Origin: an uncultured Gemmatimonadaceae bacterium
GTDB taxonomy: Bacteria > Gemmatimonadota > Gemmatimonadetes > Gemmatimonadales > Gemmatimonadaceae
Length of the DNA stretch: 64,000 nt
Assembly (NCBI GenBank): GCA_963790305.1
Contig: CAWBOC010000009.1
Span: 224,001-288,000, forward strand
Direction: 5' to 3'
Under the pieces are notes generated by a model. That model was not told the origin of the DNA. It saw nothing but the letters and a program-made list of their open reading frames with translations, and did not search any database. Below are positions 21,213 through 30,578 of this stretch, one piece after another. Made by a program: the position numbers and the translations under genes. The stretch's first letter is position 1. Each line of letters starts with the position of its first letter.

Positions 21213-21623
21213 TTAATGCAGCCGCTTGCGAAAGTATTGCACGCAGAGCGTTGCCTCGAAGCCTAACGCGGCGTGGGCCTGAAGGCTGAGGGTGTTGTCG
21301 AGCTCGACGTCCGATCCAAGCTCGTCGTAGCCTTCCTCCCTGCACCAGCGCTCCACCGCCGCGACGAGCGCCCGACCAACGCCGGCGTGGCGAAGCTGCG
21401 GAGCGACCCACCATCCCTCAATGTACGGCACCGGGGTCGAGTCGCATCCCTCCGCCCACGGGCGAAGCGAGAAGGACACGAAGCCGCCGAGCCCCCCGTC
21501 GTCCCGTTCCCAGACGTACACCGTTTCGTCGGAGAAGTCGTAGCTGTCGCCCCCTGGCCAGAGCGTCCGCATCATCTCGGTCACGTCGGGCAGTTCCTCG
21601 GAACGCATGAGGCGGGCGGGCAT
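21213..21623 (-). CDS. Aminoglycoside 6'-N-acetyltransferase-like GNAT
   Basis: LRPWAEGCDSTPVPYIEGWWV, ELGSDVELDN..S..AH.ALGF, YFRKRL. Confidence 0.82.
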   Translation of the reverse strand: MPARLMRSEELPDVTEMMRTLWPGGDSYDFSDETVYVWERDDGGLGGFVSFSLRPWAEGCDSTPVPYIEGWWVAPQLRHAGVGRALVAAVERWCREEGYDELGSDVELDNTLSLQAHAALGFEATLCVQYFRKRLH

Positions 21624-21640
21624 TGTGATGCGACGACGCC

Positions 21641-22078
21641 TTACGCCACTGAGGCGGCTGCGTCGGCCGCCCACTGGAAGCACAGGGTAAAGCCGTCGGG
21701 ATCCTTTACCCACAGCTGCTTCATGCCATAGGGCGCGACGGCCGGAGGCTGCACCGCCACGCCCTTCGATCGCAGGTGCTCGTACGCACCGTCGACGTCG
21801 GGGCACCCGAAAAAGAGACCGGTGTCATCGTGTGCAGCCACGCGGTCGGGATCAGGAGCCGGTGGACGCTCCGCGTCCGGATCGTACAGCGTGTTGAGCA
21901 TCAGGTCCGCGCCGTCGCGGCGGATCCAGACCCATCCATAATCATCATCCTTCGTCTGACCGGGCGGCGGAGCCGCCTGTACGAGCTCGAAGCCGAGGAC
22001 GTCACGATAGAACGCGAGCGACGTCGGCATGTCGAAGACCTGGATCAGCGGGCAGACGTGGCGAAGCTCGGGAGCCAT
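21641..22078 (-). CDS. VOC/glyoxalase/bleomycin-resistance family protein
   Basis: SLAFYRDVLGF, PYGMKQLWVKDPDGFTLCF. Confidence 0.9.
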   Translation of the reverse strand: MAPELRHVCPLIQVFDMPTSLAFYRDVLGFELVQAAPPPGQTKDDDYGWVWIRRDGADLMLNTLYDPDAERPPAPDPDRVAAHDDTGLFFGCPDVDGAYEHLRSKGVAVQPPAVAPYGMKQLWVKDPDGFTLCFQWAADAAASVA

Positions 22079-22201
22079 GGGGACCTCACAGTGCAGCGCT
22101 CTCGTCAGGGTTACGACTCGTCAGGTAGCGGCGAGCATGCTACGATGGAAGCGATTGCCTCGAACGGCAAGTCGACGACGAACCTCGAGGACCTCGGGTA
22201 G

Positions 22202-22552
22202 TCAGGCCACCTGCACCACGTACGAGATCAATCGCTGGATCTTTGCGCGCTGCAGAACGAACACATCGCAGAACGCCAGGTTGAGAATACCCCCATCCTT
22301 CCTCTCGGTGCGGACCGTGCCCTCGGCGACGACGACGTCATTCTCTTCCGTCATCCTGGTGACGGTGATCGCGGGCCTGCCGACGAAGGCCGGATTCTCG
22401 ATCTCATTGTCGAAGGCCGCCTTTCCCACGAGGTGAAAGGCGCCAGGCATTTCCCACACGACGTCATCGGTCAGACACGACAGGATCAGCCCGTGGTCGC
22501 CTCTGCGGAAGGCGTCCATGTACTGCTCGACCGTTCGTTTGTTCTCCGTCAC
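22202..22552 (-). CDS. SnoaL-like/NTF2 family protein
   Basis: NKRTVEQYMDAFRRGD, LTDDVVWEMPG, VVVAEG, FCDVF. Confidence 0.85.
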   Translation of the reverse strand: MTENKRTVEQYMDAFRRGDHGLILSCLTDDVVWEMPGAFHLVGKAAFDNEIENPAFVGRPAITVTRMTEENDVVVAEGTVRTERKDGGILNLAFCDVFVLQRAKIQRLISYVVQVA

Positions 22553-22618
22553 GGTGTCCCCGCGCTACTTGGAGAGGTCAGGCGGCCGGTGCAGCCGCAT
22601 CTCGCCGAGGGACACGAG

Positions 22619-23185
22619 CTACCCGCCAATCCGTTCGCGCGCGTCATTGTCGTCGCGACGCAGTGAAAGCGCGAGGTGTTCGACGGTGTCGCGGACATCA
22701 CCCTGACGTAAGCCGTCGGGCTCGCGCCCAAACGTCGTGAAGCCCATCGCGCGGTACAGCTGACCCGCGGCGACCGCACGCTCGACGACTGTGAGTGTCA
22801 GTCTCTCGACGTCCGGCCACGTCCGAGCCTCGACGATTATCGCTTCGAGCAGGCGCTTTCCAAGCCCGTGACCGCGCTGCTCCGGTAACACGTACATGCC
22901 CCAAACGATCGCCGTGTGCCGCGCCTTCACCGTCGCCTGCTGGAGACATCCGGTCACGCCAACCAGACCGTCGCCGTCGAACGCTCCGAACACGGCACGG
23001 CCAACTGGTGTGCGTGCCGGTGTAAGACGCTCGGCAATCGTCTCCAGGGGGAGCGCCTGAGCCTCAGCGTACGTCGATCCGAACGCCTCTGGGCATTCGC
23101 GGAGCCCGTAGAGCCGGAGCGCCTGAAACACTGGTGCGTCGCCCGGGCCGAGTTGTCGAATATGGACGGCGCCGCCCGTCGGCAA
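22619..23185 (-). CDS. GNAT family N-acetyltransferase
   Basis: IVWGMYVLPEQRGHGLGKRLL, LYRAMGF..FGREP; TTG start with GGAGAGG upstream. Confidence 0.9.
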   Translation of the reverse strand: MPTGGAVHIRQLGPGDAPVFQALRLYGLRECPEAFGSTYAEAQALPLETIAERLTPARTPVGRAVFGAFDGDGLVGVTGCLQQATVKARHTAIVWGMYVLPEQRGHGLGKRLLEAIIVEARTWPDVERLTLTVVERAVAAGQLYRAMGFTTFGREPDGLRQGDVRDTVEHLALSLRRDDNDARERIGG

Positions 23186-23233
23186 TTGGGCCTCTCCATG
23201 ATGAAGCGCTCCGGCATCTCGACCCCTTGTAAA

Positions 23234-23343
23234 GGTGCCGTCCCGGGACTCGAACCCGGGGACGGGGTTCCGGCGCCCTTGGCGCTACGCGGGAGTCGAA
23301 CCCGCTGCGCCGGCCTTCCCCTGGAAACCAGCTCCACGGCACC
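23234..23343 (-). ncRNA. Putative tRNA-like/Y-RNA-like structured RNA with two T-arms
   Basis: Terminal stem GGUGCCGU/ACGGCACC; T-arms GCGGG-UUCGACU-CCCGC and CCCGGG-UUCGAGU-CCCGGG; internal helix CCGGCGC/GCGCCGG; fully intergenic. Confidence 0.7.
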
Positions 23344-23349
23344 GCTACG

Positions 23350-23355
23350 AATCTA
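23350..23355 (-). promoter_or_regulatory. Putative -10 box for the tRNA-like RNA
   Basis: TAGATT separated by 6 nt from the first G of the terminal stem; -35 match is weak (CTGCGA). Confidence 0.5.
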
Positions 23356-23366
23356 ATACTGCGTGG

Positions 23367-24087
23367 TCATTGTCGCAGCGGCGTTAGGCTCTCGACAGCG
23401 CTCAGCGCCGCAAGAACGGCCGCGGCATCGCTCAAATCCGGCAGGATGGTCGTCGCTCCCGCGGTCCGCAAACGATCGGCACGAACCCCCGTTGCAATGC
23501 CGACGAACGGCAGCCCTAACGCCCGTGCGGTGCGGACGTCCCAGGGAGCATCCCCAACGCTCACCACGCGGCGAAAGGCGATCCCTGCCTGCACTTCGGC
23601 CTTTTGCCAGGCGAGCCGGACAATCTCCTCGCGCGACTCCGCATCATCAGCGCACGCCATGGGTAAATCACTTGCCACAAGTCCGGCGGCGCGGAGCTTC
23701 ACCGTGGCGGAGGCAAGCCAGCCTCCCGTGGCGAGCGCGACGTGCCACCCAGCACGGCGGAGATGCGGAAAGAGTGCGGCAGCGCCTGCGATGGCGACGA
23801 ACCGCTCCGGGGCACGTGTGAGCTCCGCGCGGAGAATCGCGAGAAAGCGCCGCTGGATCTCAGCGACGTCGTGCGCCTCATCGGCGTGGGTGCGATACCG
23901 GGCCCACAGATGGCGCGCGATGGCGCTGTCGGTCACGTGAGGCGTGTCGGACCAGTCGATGGCCTCGGCAGCGACGGCGAGGGTTTCCGCAACGGCGCGG
24001 GCGTAGCACTCATCGTCCACGGCATTGGTAGCCGTCAACGTGCCGTCGATGTCAAAGATCGCGAGCTGACTCGTATCAGCGCTCCAT
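23367..24087 (-). CDS. HAD-superfamily hydrolase (start uncertain)
   Basis: LAIFDIDGTL motif I, ATGG motif II, VGDAPWDV motif IV. The ATG at 24087 is out of frame by one base (possible indel); the in-frame alternative is TTG at 24149. Confidence 0.82.
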
Positions 24088-24255
24088 TGGTCGGCAGAAC
24101 GCAGCGCGGCAGGGTGAACGGCGGTGGCCTCCGAATATCGCCGTCGCAAATTGCATCAGCCAGTCATGAGCCCACCGCGCAACGAGCGCCTTAAGCGTCG
24201 AGACACCTCCGCAATACGTGCGGGCTCGGCATAACCCCCTTATATTTCCCGAGTT

Positions 24256-25416
24256 ATGCCCGCGCCGATCTACCTCGACCACGCCGCCACGACCCCCGTT
24301 CGACGGGAGGTCTTCGAAGCCATGGAACCCTTCTATGGCCCTCGCTTCGGCAATCCCTCCAGCACGCATCGCTGGGGGCGCGAGGCGCGCGCGGCACTCG
24401 ATGAAGCACGCGAGCGCGTGGCCCGATGTCTCGGCGCCAACACTGACGAGATTTGCTTCACCTCCGGCGGCACGGAGGCCGACAATCTCGCCGTCCTCGG
24501 ACCGTGGCGGGCGCGCGACCCCAAGCGCACGGCGGTCATCAGCACCGCCATCGAGCACAAGGCCGTGCTCGCCAGCATTCACCAGGCCGGGCGCGAGGGC
24601 GCCGAGGAGCGCATTGCTCCTGTCACGAGCGATGGCATCGTCGACGTCAACGCGTTCGCGAATCTCCTGGGCGACGACGTCGCGCTGTGCTCGATCATGT
24701 GGGTCAACAACGAGATCGGCACCATCCAGCCGATCCCCGAGCTGGCCCGGCGCGCCAAGGCGCACACCATCGTCTTCCACACCGACGCGGTGCAGGCCTT
24801 CGGGAAGATACCGATCGACGTGCGAGAGACGCCGGTCGATCTGCTCACCATCTCCGGCCACAAGATCGGAGCACCGAAGGGGAGTGGAGCGATCTTCATC
24901 CGGCGCGGTACCCAGCTCGAGTCGCTGCTGCACGGGGGATCCCAGGACCGTGGACGTCGCCCGGGGACGGAGAACGTTGCGGCCGCCGTCGGCCTCGCTC
25001 GCGCGGGGGAGCTTGCGCTGGAGGAGCGTGAGCGAGAGATGGCGCGGCTAGGTGTCCTCCGTGACCGTCTCGAAGCGGCGCTCGTTCAGCGCGTACCCGA
25101 TGCGATCGTGCATGGTCGCGGCGCACCGCGCGCGCCTCACATCCTGAATCTCTCGGTCCCGGGCACCGACAGCGAGTCGCTCCTCATGGCCCTCGACCTC
25201 GCCGGCGTCGCCTGCTCGTCAGGCTCGGCGTGCCAGAGTGGGAGCGTGACGCCATCTCACGTCCTCGAGGCGCTTGGCGTCCCGCGCGATCTCGCGAGCG
25301 CCGCCGTGCGCATGAGCCTCGGCGCCATGACCACGGAGGAGTGCATCACGCGCGTCTCCGAGCTCTTCCCTGCTCTCATCACCAAGGCGCGCCGGCTTGC
25401 CGGCGCCGTGAGCTGA
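24256..25416 (+). CDS. iscS: Cysteine desulfurase (IscS/NifS family)
   Basis: IYLDHAATTP, FTSGGTEADN, HTDAVQ, SGHKIGAPKG, SSGSAC. Confidence 0.93.
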   Translation: MPAPIYLDHAATTPVRREVFEAMEPFYGPRFGNPSSTHRWGREARAALDEARERVARCLGANTDEICFTSGGTEADNLAVLGPWRARDPKRTAVISTAIEHKAVLASIHQAGREGAEERIAPVTSDGIVDVNAFANLLGDDVALCSIMWVNNEIGTIQPIPELARRAKAHTIVFHTDAVQAFGKIPIDVRETPVDLLTISGHKIGAPKGSGAIFIRRGTQLESLLHGGSQDRGRRPGTENVAAAVGLARAGELALEEREREMARLGVLRDRLEAALVQRVPDAIVHGRGAPRAPHILNLSVPGTDSESLLMALDLAGVACSSGSACQSGSVTPSHVLEALGVPRDLASAAVRMSLGAMTTEECITRVSELFPALITKARRLAGAVS

Positions 25417-25418
25417 CG

Positions 25419-26522
25419 ATGGCCCCGCGAGTGCTCGTGGCGATGTCGGGCGGCGTGGATTCGTCCGTGGCCGCGGCGCTCCTCGTCGAGCGCGGCTACG
25501 ATGTCATCGGCGCGACGATGAAGCTGTTCTGTTACGGGGAGGACGTTCCCGATCGTCCATGCTGCTCGCTCGACTCGATCGACGACGCGAGACGGGTATG
25601 CGAACGCCTGGGCGTTCCGCACTACGTGCTCAATCTGGAGAGCGCATTCGGGCACGACGTGATCGACAACTTCGTGAGCGAATATGCGCTTGGGCGCACG
25701 CCCATTCCCTGCGTGCGCTGCAACACCTTCACGAAGTTCCGCGATCTGCTGCACAAGGCGGACGCCGTCGACGCCGACTTCATCGCCACCGGACACTACG
25801 CGCGCGTCGCGGGTGGTGAGCTGATGCGTGGTCTGGATCCCAACAAGGATCAGACGTACTTCCTGTGGGGGATCGATCGAGCGGTCGTGCGACGGATGCT
25901 GCTGCCGGTCGGCGACCTCACCAAGGCTGAGACGCGCGCACGAGCGCATGCGCTTGGCCTCGAGGTCGTTGCCGAGAAGCCGGAGAGCCAGGATATCTGC
26001 TTCGTGCCCGATGGCGACCACGTTCGCGTTCTCGAGCGACACCTCGGCGCTGGAGCCCCATCGCTTTCGATGGGCCCGATCGTCACCACCGACGGTCGCA
26101 TCGTCGGCCACCACCACGGCTTCGCACGCTACACGATCGGCCAGCGACGCGGGCTTCCGGGGGGCTCGCCGGTGCCGATGTACGTCGTCGCGATCAGACC
26201 GGCGGACCGCGCCGTCGTCATCGGGCCGCGTGAGGCGCTGCTTGGTCGTGGCGTCGTCGCCCGCGACGTGAACTGGCTCGTAGATGCGCCGCCGCAGGTC
26301 GGAGCGCACGTGAGTGTTCAGGTGCGTCACCGTGCGACTCCAGCTCCGGCTGAGCTCGTGCGACGGGACGATGGCGAGATCGAGCTGGCGCTGGACGAGC
26401 CGGTGGCCGCGATTACGCCCGGCCAGTCTCTCGTGATGTACGATGGTGCGCGAGTGCTCGGCGGGGGGTTCATCGAGCGCGCGCAGGGGATGCGTGCGGG
26501 GTTGCCGGTGCTCGCGGCCTGA
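25419..26522 (+). CDS. mnmA: tRNA 2-thiouridylase MnmA
   Basis: AMSGGVDSSVAA, TPIPCVRCN, ATGHYAR, KDQTYFL, ESQDICF, TIGQRRGL, ITPGQ. Confidence 0.97.
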   Translation: MAPRVLVAMSGGVDSSVAAALLVERGYDVIGATMKLFCYGEDVPDRPCCSLDSIDDARRVCERLGVPHYVLNLESAFGHDVIDNFVSEYALGRTPIPCVRCNTFTKFRDLLHKADAVDADFIATGHYARVAGGELMRGLDPNKDQTYFLWGIDRAVVRRMLLPVGDLTKAETRARAHALGLEVVAEKPESQDICFVPDGDHVRVLERHLGAGAPSLSMGPIVTTDGRIVGHHHGFARYTIGQRRGLPGGSPVPMYVVAIRPADRAVVIGPREALLGRGVVARDVNWLVDAPPQVGAHVSVQVRHRATPAPAELVRRDDGEIELALDEPVAAITPGQSLVMYDGARVLGGGFIERAQGMRAGLPVLAA

Positions 26523-26534
26523 TCGCGTGGACGC

Positions 26535-27692
26535 TTAGTACTTCATCCCGCCCGCCTCCGCAAACTCCTTCATCAGGCGCTCCTGCTCCTCGGAGAGGTG
26601 GGGCGGGACGGTGACATCGACCTCGACGATGAGGTCACCGCGCTGGCCGTTGCGCTCGATGCCCTGTCCACGCACGCGGAACCGCTTTCCCGGCGGCGTG
26701 CCGGGCGGGATCTTGATCGTCACCTTCTTGCCATCGAGCGTGCGCACGGCGATCCGGGAGCCGAGCGTCGCCTGAGCGATGTTGAGGGGCACCTTCGCGA
26801 CGAGGTCGTTCCCTTCCCGCTGAAAGAAGCGGTCCGGCTCGACCTGAAAGTTGATGATGAGATCACCGGGCGGTCCGCCGTTAGGCCCCTTTCCGCCCTG
26901 GCCACTCAGACGCAGGCGCGTATCCGTATCGACGCCGGGCGGGACGGTGATCATGACGGTCTTGCGAACACGCTTCTCTCCGGCACCGTTGCACTCGGGG
27001 CAGCGCTCGGTGGGCACCTGCTTGCGCCCAAGACACATCGGACACGGACGGCTGACGGCGAATCCACCCTGCCCGAATGTGACGTTGCCACGTCCGTTGC
27101 ACTCGGGGCAGGTCTTCATCGTCGCACCCGGCGCGGCGCCGGAGCCGTGGCAGACCGGGCATTCCTCGTTCACTTCGAGCTGCACCGGCACCTTGCCGCC
27201 AAGCGCGGCGACGCGGAACGGAACGGCGAGCGTTGCCTCGATCGACTGTCCGCGCTCGGGACCAGCCGGTTTGCCGCGAGTATTCGCCGCCCCTCCGCCG
27301 AACATCGAGCTGAAGAGGTCGCCGAGTCCACCGAGACCGCCGATATCCACGTCCTCGAAACGGAACCCACCGCTCGCACCGGTTCCTCCTGGCGCGCCCG
27401 GACCCCCGGGCCCGCCGGGGCGTGCGCCTCCGAACCCACCGCCGCGACGCTGGGCGAAGTCGCCGAAGGCGCCCAGACGACGCATTTCGTCGTACTGTTT
27501 GCGCTTTTCGGCGTCGCCGAGGACGTTGTACGCTTCAGAGATTTCCTTGAAACGATCGGCGGCCTTGGGATCGTCGCGGTTGGCGTCGGGGTGCCACTTT
27601 TTCGCCAGGCGACGGTATTGCTTCTTGATCTCGTCCGGCGATGCGGACGCGGAGACGCCCAGGACCGCGTAATAGTCCTTCGTCTGGGCCAT
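26535..27692 (-). CDS. dnaJ: Chaperone DnaJ
   Basis: J-domain with HPD, G/F-rich linker, four CxxC(x)GxG-type repeats, C-terminal domain. Confidence 0.96.
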   Translation of the reverse strand: MAQTKDYYAVLGVSASASPDEIKKQYRRLAKKWHPDANRDDPKAADRFKEISEAYNVLGDAEKRKQYDEMRRLGAFGDFAQRRGGGFGGARPGGPGGPGAPGGTGASGGFRFEDVDIGGLGGLGDLFSSMFGGGAANTRGKPAGPERGQSIEATLAVPFRVAALGGKVPVQLEVNEECPVCHGSGAAPGATMKTCPECNGRGNVTFGQGGFAVSRPCPMCLGRKQVPTERCPECNGAGEKRVRKTVMITVPPGVDTDTRLRLSGQGGKGPNGGPPGDLIINFQVEPDRFFQREGNDLVAKVPLNIAQATLGSRIAVRTLDGKKVTIKIPPGTPPGKRFRVRGQGIERNGQRGDLIVEVDVTVPPHLSEEQERLMKEFAEAGGMKY

Positions 27693-27709
27693 GAGTGCCT
27701 AACGCCGTC

Positions 27710-28345
27710 TCATTGCGACCACTGGCGGACGACGACGCGCGCCGGTCGCAGCAGCTGGCCGCCGAACCGGTAGCCTGGCTGGAAGACCTGAGACACGACG
27801 TGGTCGTCCTCGGGCGCCAACGCCGGCTCGGTCGCGACCGCTTCGTGCACCGACGGATCGAACGTCTGGTTGACCGGATCGATCAGCTCGAGACCGGCGG
27901 CCCCGAGCGACTTGAGCAGCTTCTTCGCCACGAGATCGACGCCCTCGATCACCGAGCGTGCGTCGGTGGACGCCGGATCGACCGCGGTGACGCGCCCCAG
28001 ATCGTCGAGTGAATCGACGATGTGCTTGAGGAGCTCACCCTGCGCGCGCGCCCCGCTTTCTGCGCGCTCGCGTGTAGTCCGCTTGCGATAGTTGTCGAAC
28101 TCGGCAGCGAGGCGCAGGTACTTGTCGCGAAGCTCGGCGACCGCGCGGTCGGACTCGCCGATGACGCGCGTGTCCGCCTCGCTATCCTCGTCTTCGGCGT
28201 CGGCGCTGGACTTGGATGCGTTCGGAGCATCCGCATCGTCAGGGACCCCGTCCCCCTGAGGAGCGGCGCTCGCCGCCACCTCATCATTGCGCTGCTTTTG
28301 CTCGCGCGCCGTCTTGTCGGCGCCCGATTTCACGTCATCTCGCAC
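27710..28345 (-). CDS. grpE: Nucleotide exchange factor GrpE
   Basis: YLRLAAEFDNYRKR, FDPSVHEAV, GY....LLRPARVVV; GTG start with GAGG upstream. Confidence 0.95.
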   Translation of the reverse strand: MRDDVKSGADKTAREQKQRNDEVAASAAPQGDGVPDDADAPNASKSSADAEDEDSEADTRVIGESDRAVAELRDKYLRLAAEFDNYRKRTTRERAESGARAQGELLKHIVDSLDDLGRVTAVDPASTDARSVIEGVDLVAKKLLKSLGAAGLELIDPVNQTFDPSVHEAVATEPALAPEDDHVVSQVFQPGYRFGGQLLRPARVVVRQWSQ

Positions 28346-28451
28346 GGTAGACCTCGTTTCGTTGCCAAGCCCGCGTCGCCGGCCCGAGCACGACGCGTAC
28401 CTCAATAACATCGCTTCCGAGACTGGGACGGGCAACTGCCGGGCCGGTCGC

Positions 28452-29705
28452 TCAAGCGTCGCCCAACATCCGCCGAACGAGGTCGAGCGCGCCCTGCGAC
28501 GCACGCTGTCGAATTTCCTCTCGGTTCCCCGGGTACACGCGTTGGCTCGCGCGCACCCGGCCGTCGACGTCAGCCGCCACCCACACGAGCCCAACCGGCT
28601 TCTCCGGCGTTCCGCCGGAGGGGCCGGCGATGCCGGTAATCCCAATGCCGATCTGCGTCCCGATTCTGCCGCGGATGCCCGTCGCCATTTGGCGTGCCGA
28701 CTGCTCACTCACCGCCCCGTGCGCGCGAATCGTCGCGGGATCTACGGCCAGCAGATTGACCTTCACCTCGTCGTCGTAGGCAATGACGCCGCCCGCAAAC
28801 ACGTCGCTCGATCCGGGCACCGCAGTGAGCCGCGCCCCGAGCATCCCCCCGGTGCAGCTCTCGGCGACCGCGATCCGAAGGTTGCGCACGCGCGCACGCT
28901 GGAGGACCACGTCGGCGAGATCGGTGTCCTCTTCGCCGTAGATGTGCTCACCGATGATCGGGCGGAGCTCCCCAATCGCAGCCTCGAGGAGCGCGGTCGC
29001 CTCTGTACTCGACATCCCTCGCGTCGTGAGGCGCAGATCGATACCGGCGATGCTCGGCAGATACGCGACGGGCAGCCCTCGCACCGCACGCGCGCGGTCG
29101 CCGAGCAGGTCGGCGAGGTGGGACTCGGATATACCCATGCACCGAATCGTTCGCGAGCGCACGACTTCGCGCACGCCACCCATGCGCGCCTCGAGCTCGG
29201 GAACGATGACGTCGAGCGTCATCCCTCGCATCTCGCGTGGAACGCCGGGGAGCATCGCGACCCAGCGCCTGCGATCGTCCTCGATCCAGATTCCGGGCGC
29301 CGAGCCGTGCCGGTTCTCGAGCACGCGCGCACCTTCGGGCACCAGCGCCTGCTGGCGGTTCGACACCGGCATTCGTCCCTTGAAGCCGTAGAGACGAAAG
29401 CGCTCCTCGATCATTGCGACGATTTCTTCGCGCATCTCGAGGCGACGACCGAACAGTGCGGCGATGGCGGGCTTCGTCAGGTCATCCGCGGTGGGACCGA
29501 GCCCGCCGGTGGTGATGACGGCGCCGGTGCGCTCGAGTGCGTCGCGAACGGCGGCGGCTATCGCGTCCGCGTCATCGCCAACGGTCGCCCGCCGCACCAC
29601 CTCGACCCCAAGCGTCGCCAGCTCCCGTGCGAGATACACCGCGTTCGTGTCGGTGGTGAACCCGAGGAGGAGCTCGTCGCCGATGGTGATGATCTCGATC
29701 TTCAC
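28452..29705 (-). CDS. cinA: Competence/damage-inducible protein CinA (MoCF-like plus PncC domains)
   Basis: IGDELLLG...DTN, TGGLGPTADDLT, AESCTGG, ITGIAGPSGG. Confidence 0.95.
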   Translation of the reverse strand: MKIEIITIGDELLLGFTTDTNAVYLARELATLGVEVVRRATVGDDADAIAAAVRDALERTGAVITTGGLGPTADDLTKPAIAALFGRRLEMREEIVAMIEERFRLYGFKGRMPVSNRQQALVPEGARVLENRHGSAPGIWIEDDRRRWVAMLPGVPREMRGMTLDVIVPELEARMGGVREVVRSRTIRCMGISESHLADLLGDRARAVRGLPVAYLPSIAGIDLRLTTRGMSSTEATALLEAAIGELRPIIGEHIYGEEDTDLADVVLQRARVRNLRIAVAESCTGGMLGARLTAVPGSSDVFAGGVIAYDDEVKVNLLAVDPATIRAHGAVSEQSARQMATGIRGRIGTQIGIGITGIAGPSGGTPEKPVGLVWVAADVDGRVRASQRVYPGNREEIRQRASQGALDLVRRMLGDA

Positions 29706-29711
29706 GGCGAG

Positions 29712-29803
29712 GGCGCTAAAGGCGCTAGGGGCGCTAAGGGCGCTGGAAGTGCCAAAGGCGCGTGCCGTTCAGCGCCCCTAGCGCCTCTCGCGCCTCTAGC
29801 GCT
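29712..29803. repeat. Palindrome of 9-bp GGCGCTRRR tandem units filling the pgsA-cinA gap
   Basis: GGCGCTAAA GGCGCTAGG GGCGCTAAG GGCGCTGGA... versus AGCGCC CCTAGCGCC TCTCGCGCC TCTAGCGCT; the last unit contains the pgsA stop. Confidence 0.85.
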
Positions 29804-30524
29804 CCGTCTTACGAAACACCGAGCCATACCGCCGCAGATATAGCGCCATCGACCACACCGTGAGCCCGACCGCGACGGCCATCGTCAACACACCGGCGAT
29901 TCCGTTGAACCACACGAAAATACGCCAGGCGAGGGACGTCCACTGCTCCTGCGCGGCGAGGGTCGCGGCGCCGAACCAGAAGAAGGCGATGCCCACCCAC
30001 GTCCACTGGAAGCCCGTCTTCACCTTGGCGGGGCCGATCGCGCCAATCACGACACCGCGCTTCGCGGCCGCCTGGCGAAAGACCGTCATGAACAGCTCGC
30101 GGCCGAGGACGATGGCGAGAATCCACCATGGGAGGCCGACGGGGCCCCATGGAGTCAGAAACGGGAAGGCGGCGCCGTTGCCGTCCGCGCGCAGCATGGG
30201 GCCAAGCACTCCCTCCACAGCGGGCGTTCGATGCGGCGAGATGAGGGAGGGGTCGCCGCCATTCCCCGCCAGCAGGAACATGGGGACGAAGGTCGCGAGG
30301 AGGAGCAGCTTGTCGGCAAGCGGATCGAGCAGCGTGCCGAGCCGCGTGACGAGGTTGCGGCTGCGGGCGAGCTTGCCGTCCCAGTAGTCGGTGACGGCCA
30401 CGACGATGAACAGCGCGAACGCGGCGAACCGGAGCGGCCACGACGGCGCGAACGGCAGCAGCGCCACGAGCGGCGAGATGACGATACGACCGACCGTGAG
30501 CGAGTTCGGGAGATTCAATGCCAT
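29796..30524 (-). CDS. pgsA: CDP-alcohol phosphatidyltransferase (PgsA-like)
   Basis: NLPNSLTVGRI, TDYWDGKLAR, G.LLDPLADK, RELFMT.FR, KVKT. Confidence 0.88.
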   Translation of the reverse strand: MALNLPNSLTVGRIVISPLVALLPFAPSWPLRFAAFALFIVVAVTDYWDGKLARSRNLVTRLGTLLDPLADKLLLLATFVPMFLLAGNGGDPSLISPHRTPAVEGVLGPMLRADGNGAAFPFLTPWGPVGLPWWILAIVLGRELFMTVFRQAAAKRGVVIGAIGPAKVKTGFQWTWVGIAFFWFGAATLAAQEQWTSLAWRIFVWFNGIAGVLTMAVAVGLTVWSMALYLRRYGSVFRKTER

Positions 30525-30578
30525 TGGCGCGGAACGCGAAGGATCAGGCTCCTACGAACCTGCGCAAGCGGCGTGCGA

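Noticed and set aside
21195..21623. Adjacent mlaD-like and aac-like genes both begin MPARL
   Set aside because: Codons differ and similarity stops after five residues; likely chance.
23234..23343. Canonical tRNA, tRNA-Sec or tmRNA
   Set aside because: No anticodon stem-loop or UCA anticodon, 8+6 bp acceptor/T geometry, a second T-arm, no CCA, and far too short for tmRNA.
20721..24260. Integron attC sites (GTTAGGC at 20721 and near 23383; GCATAAC/GTTATGC at 24229-24259)
   Set aside because: Core-like heptamers lack partners at attC spacing or lie inside CDSs; the 24229 pair spans only 31 bp; no intI in the window.
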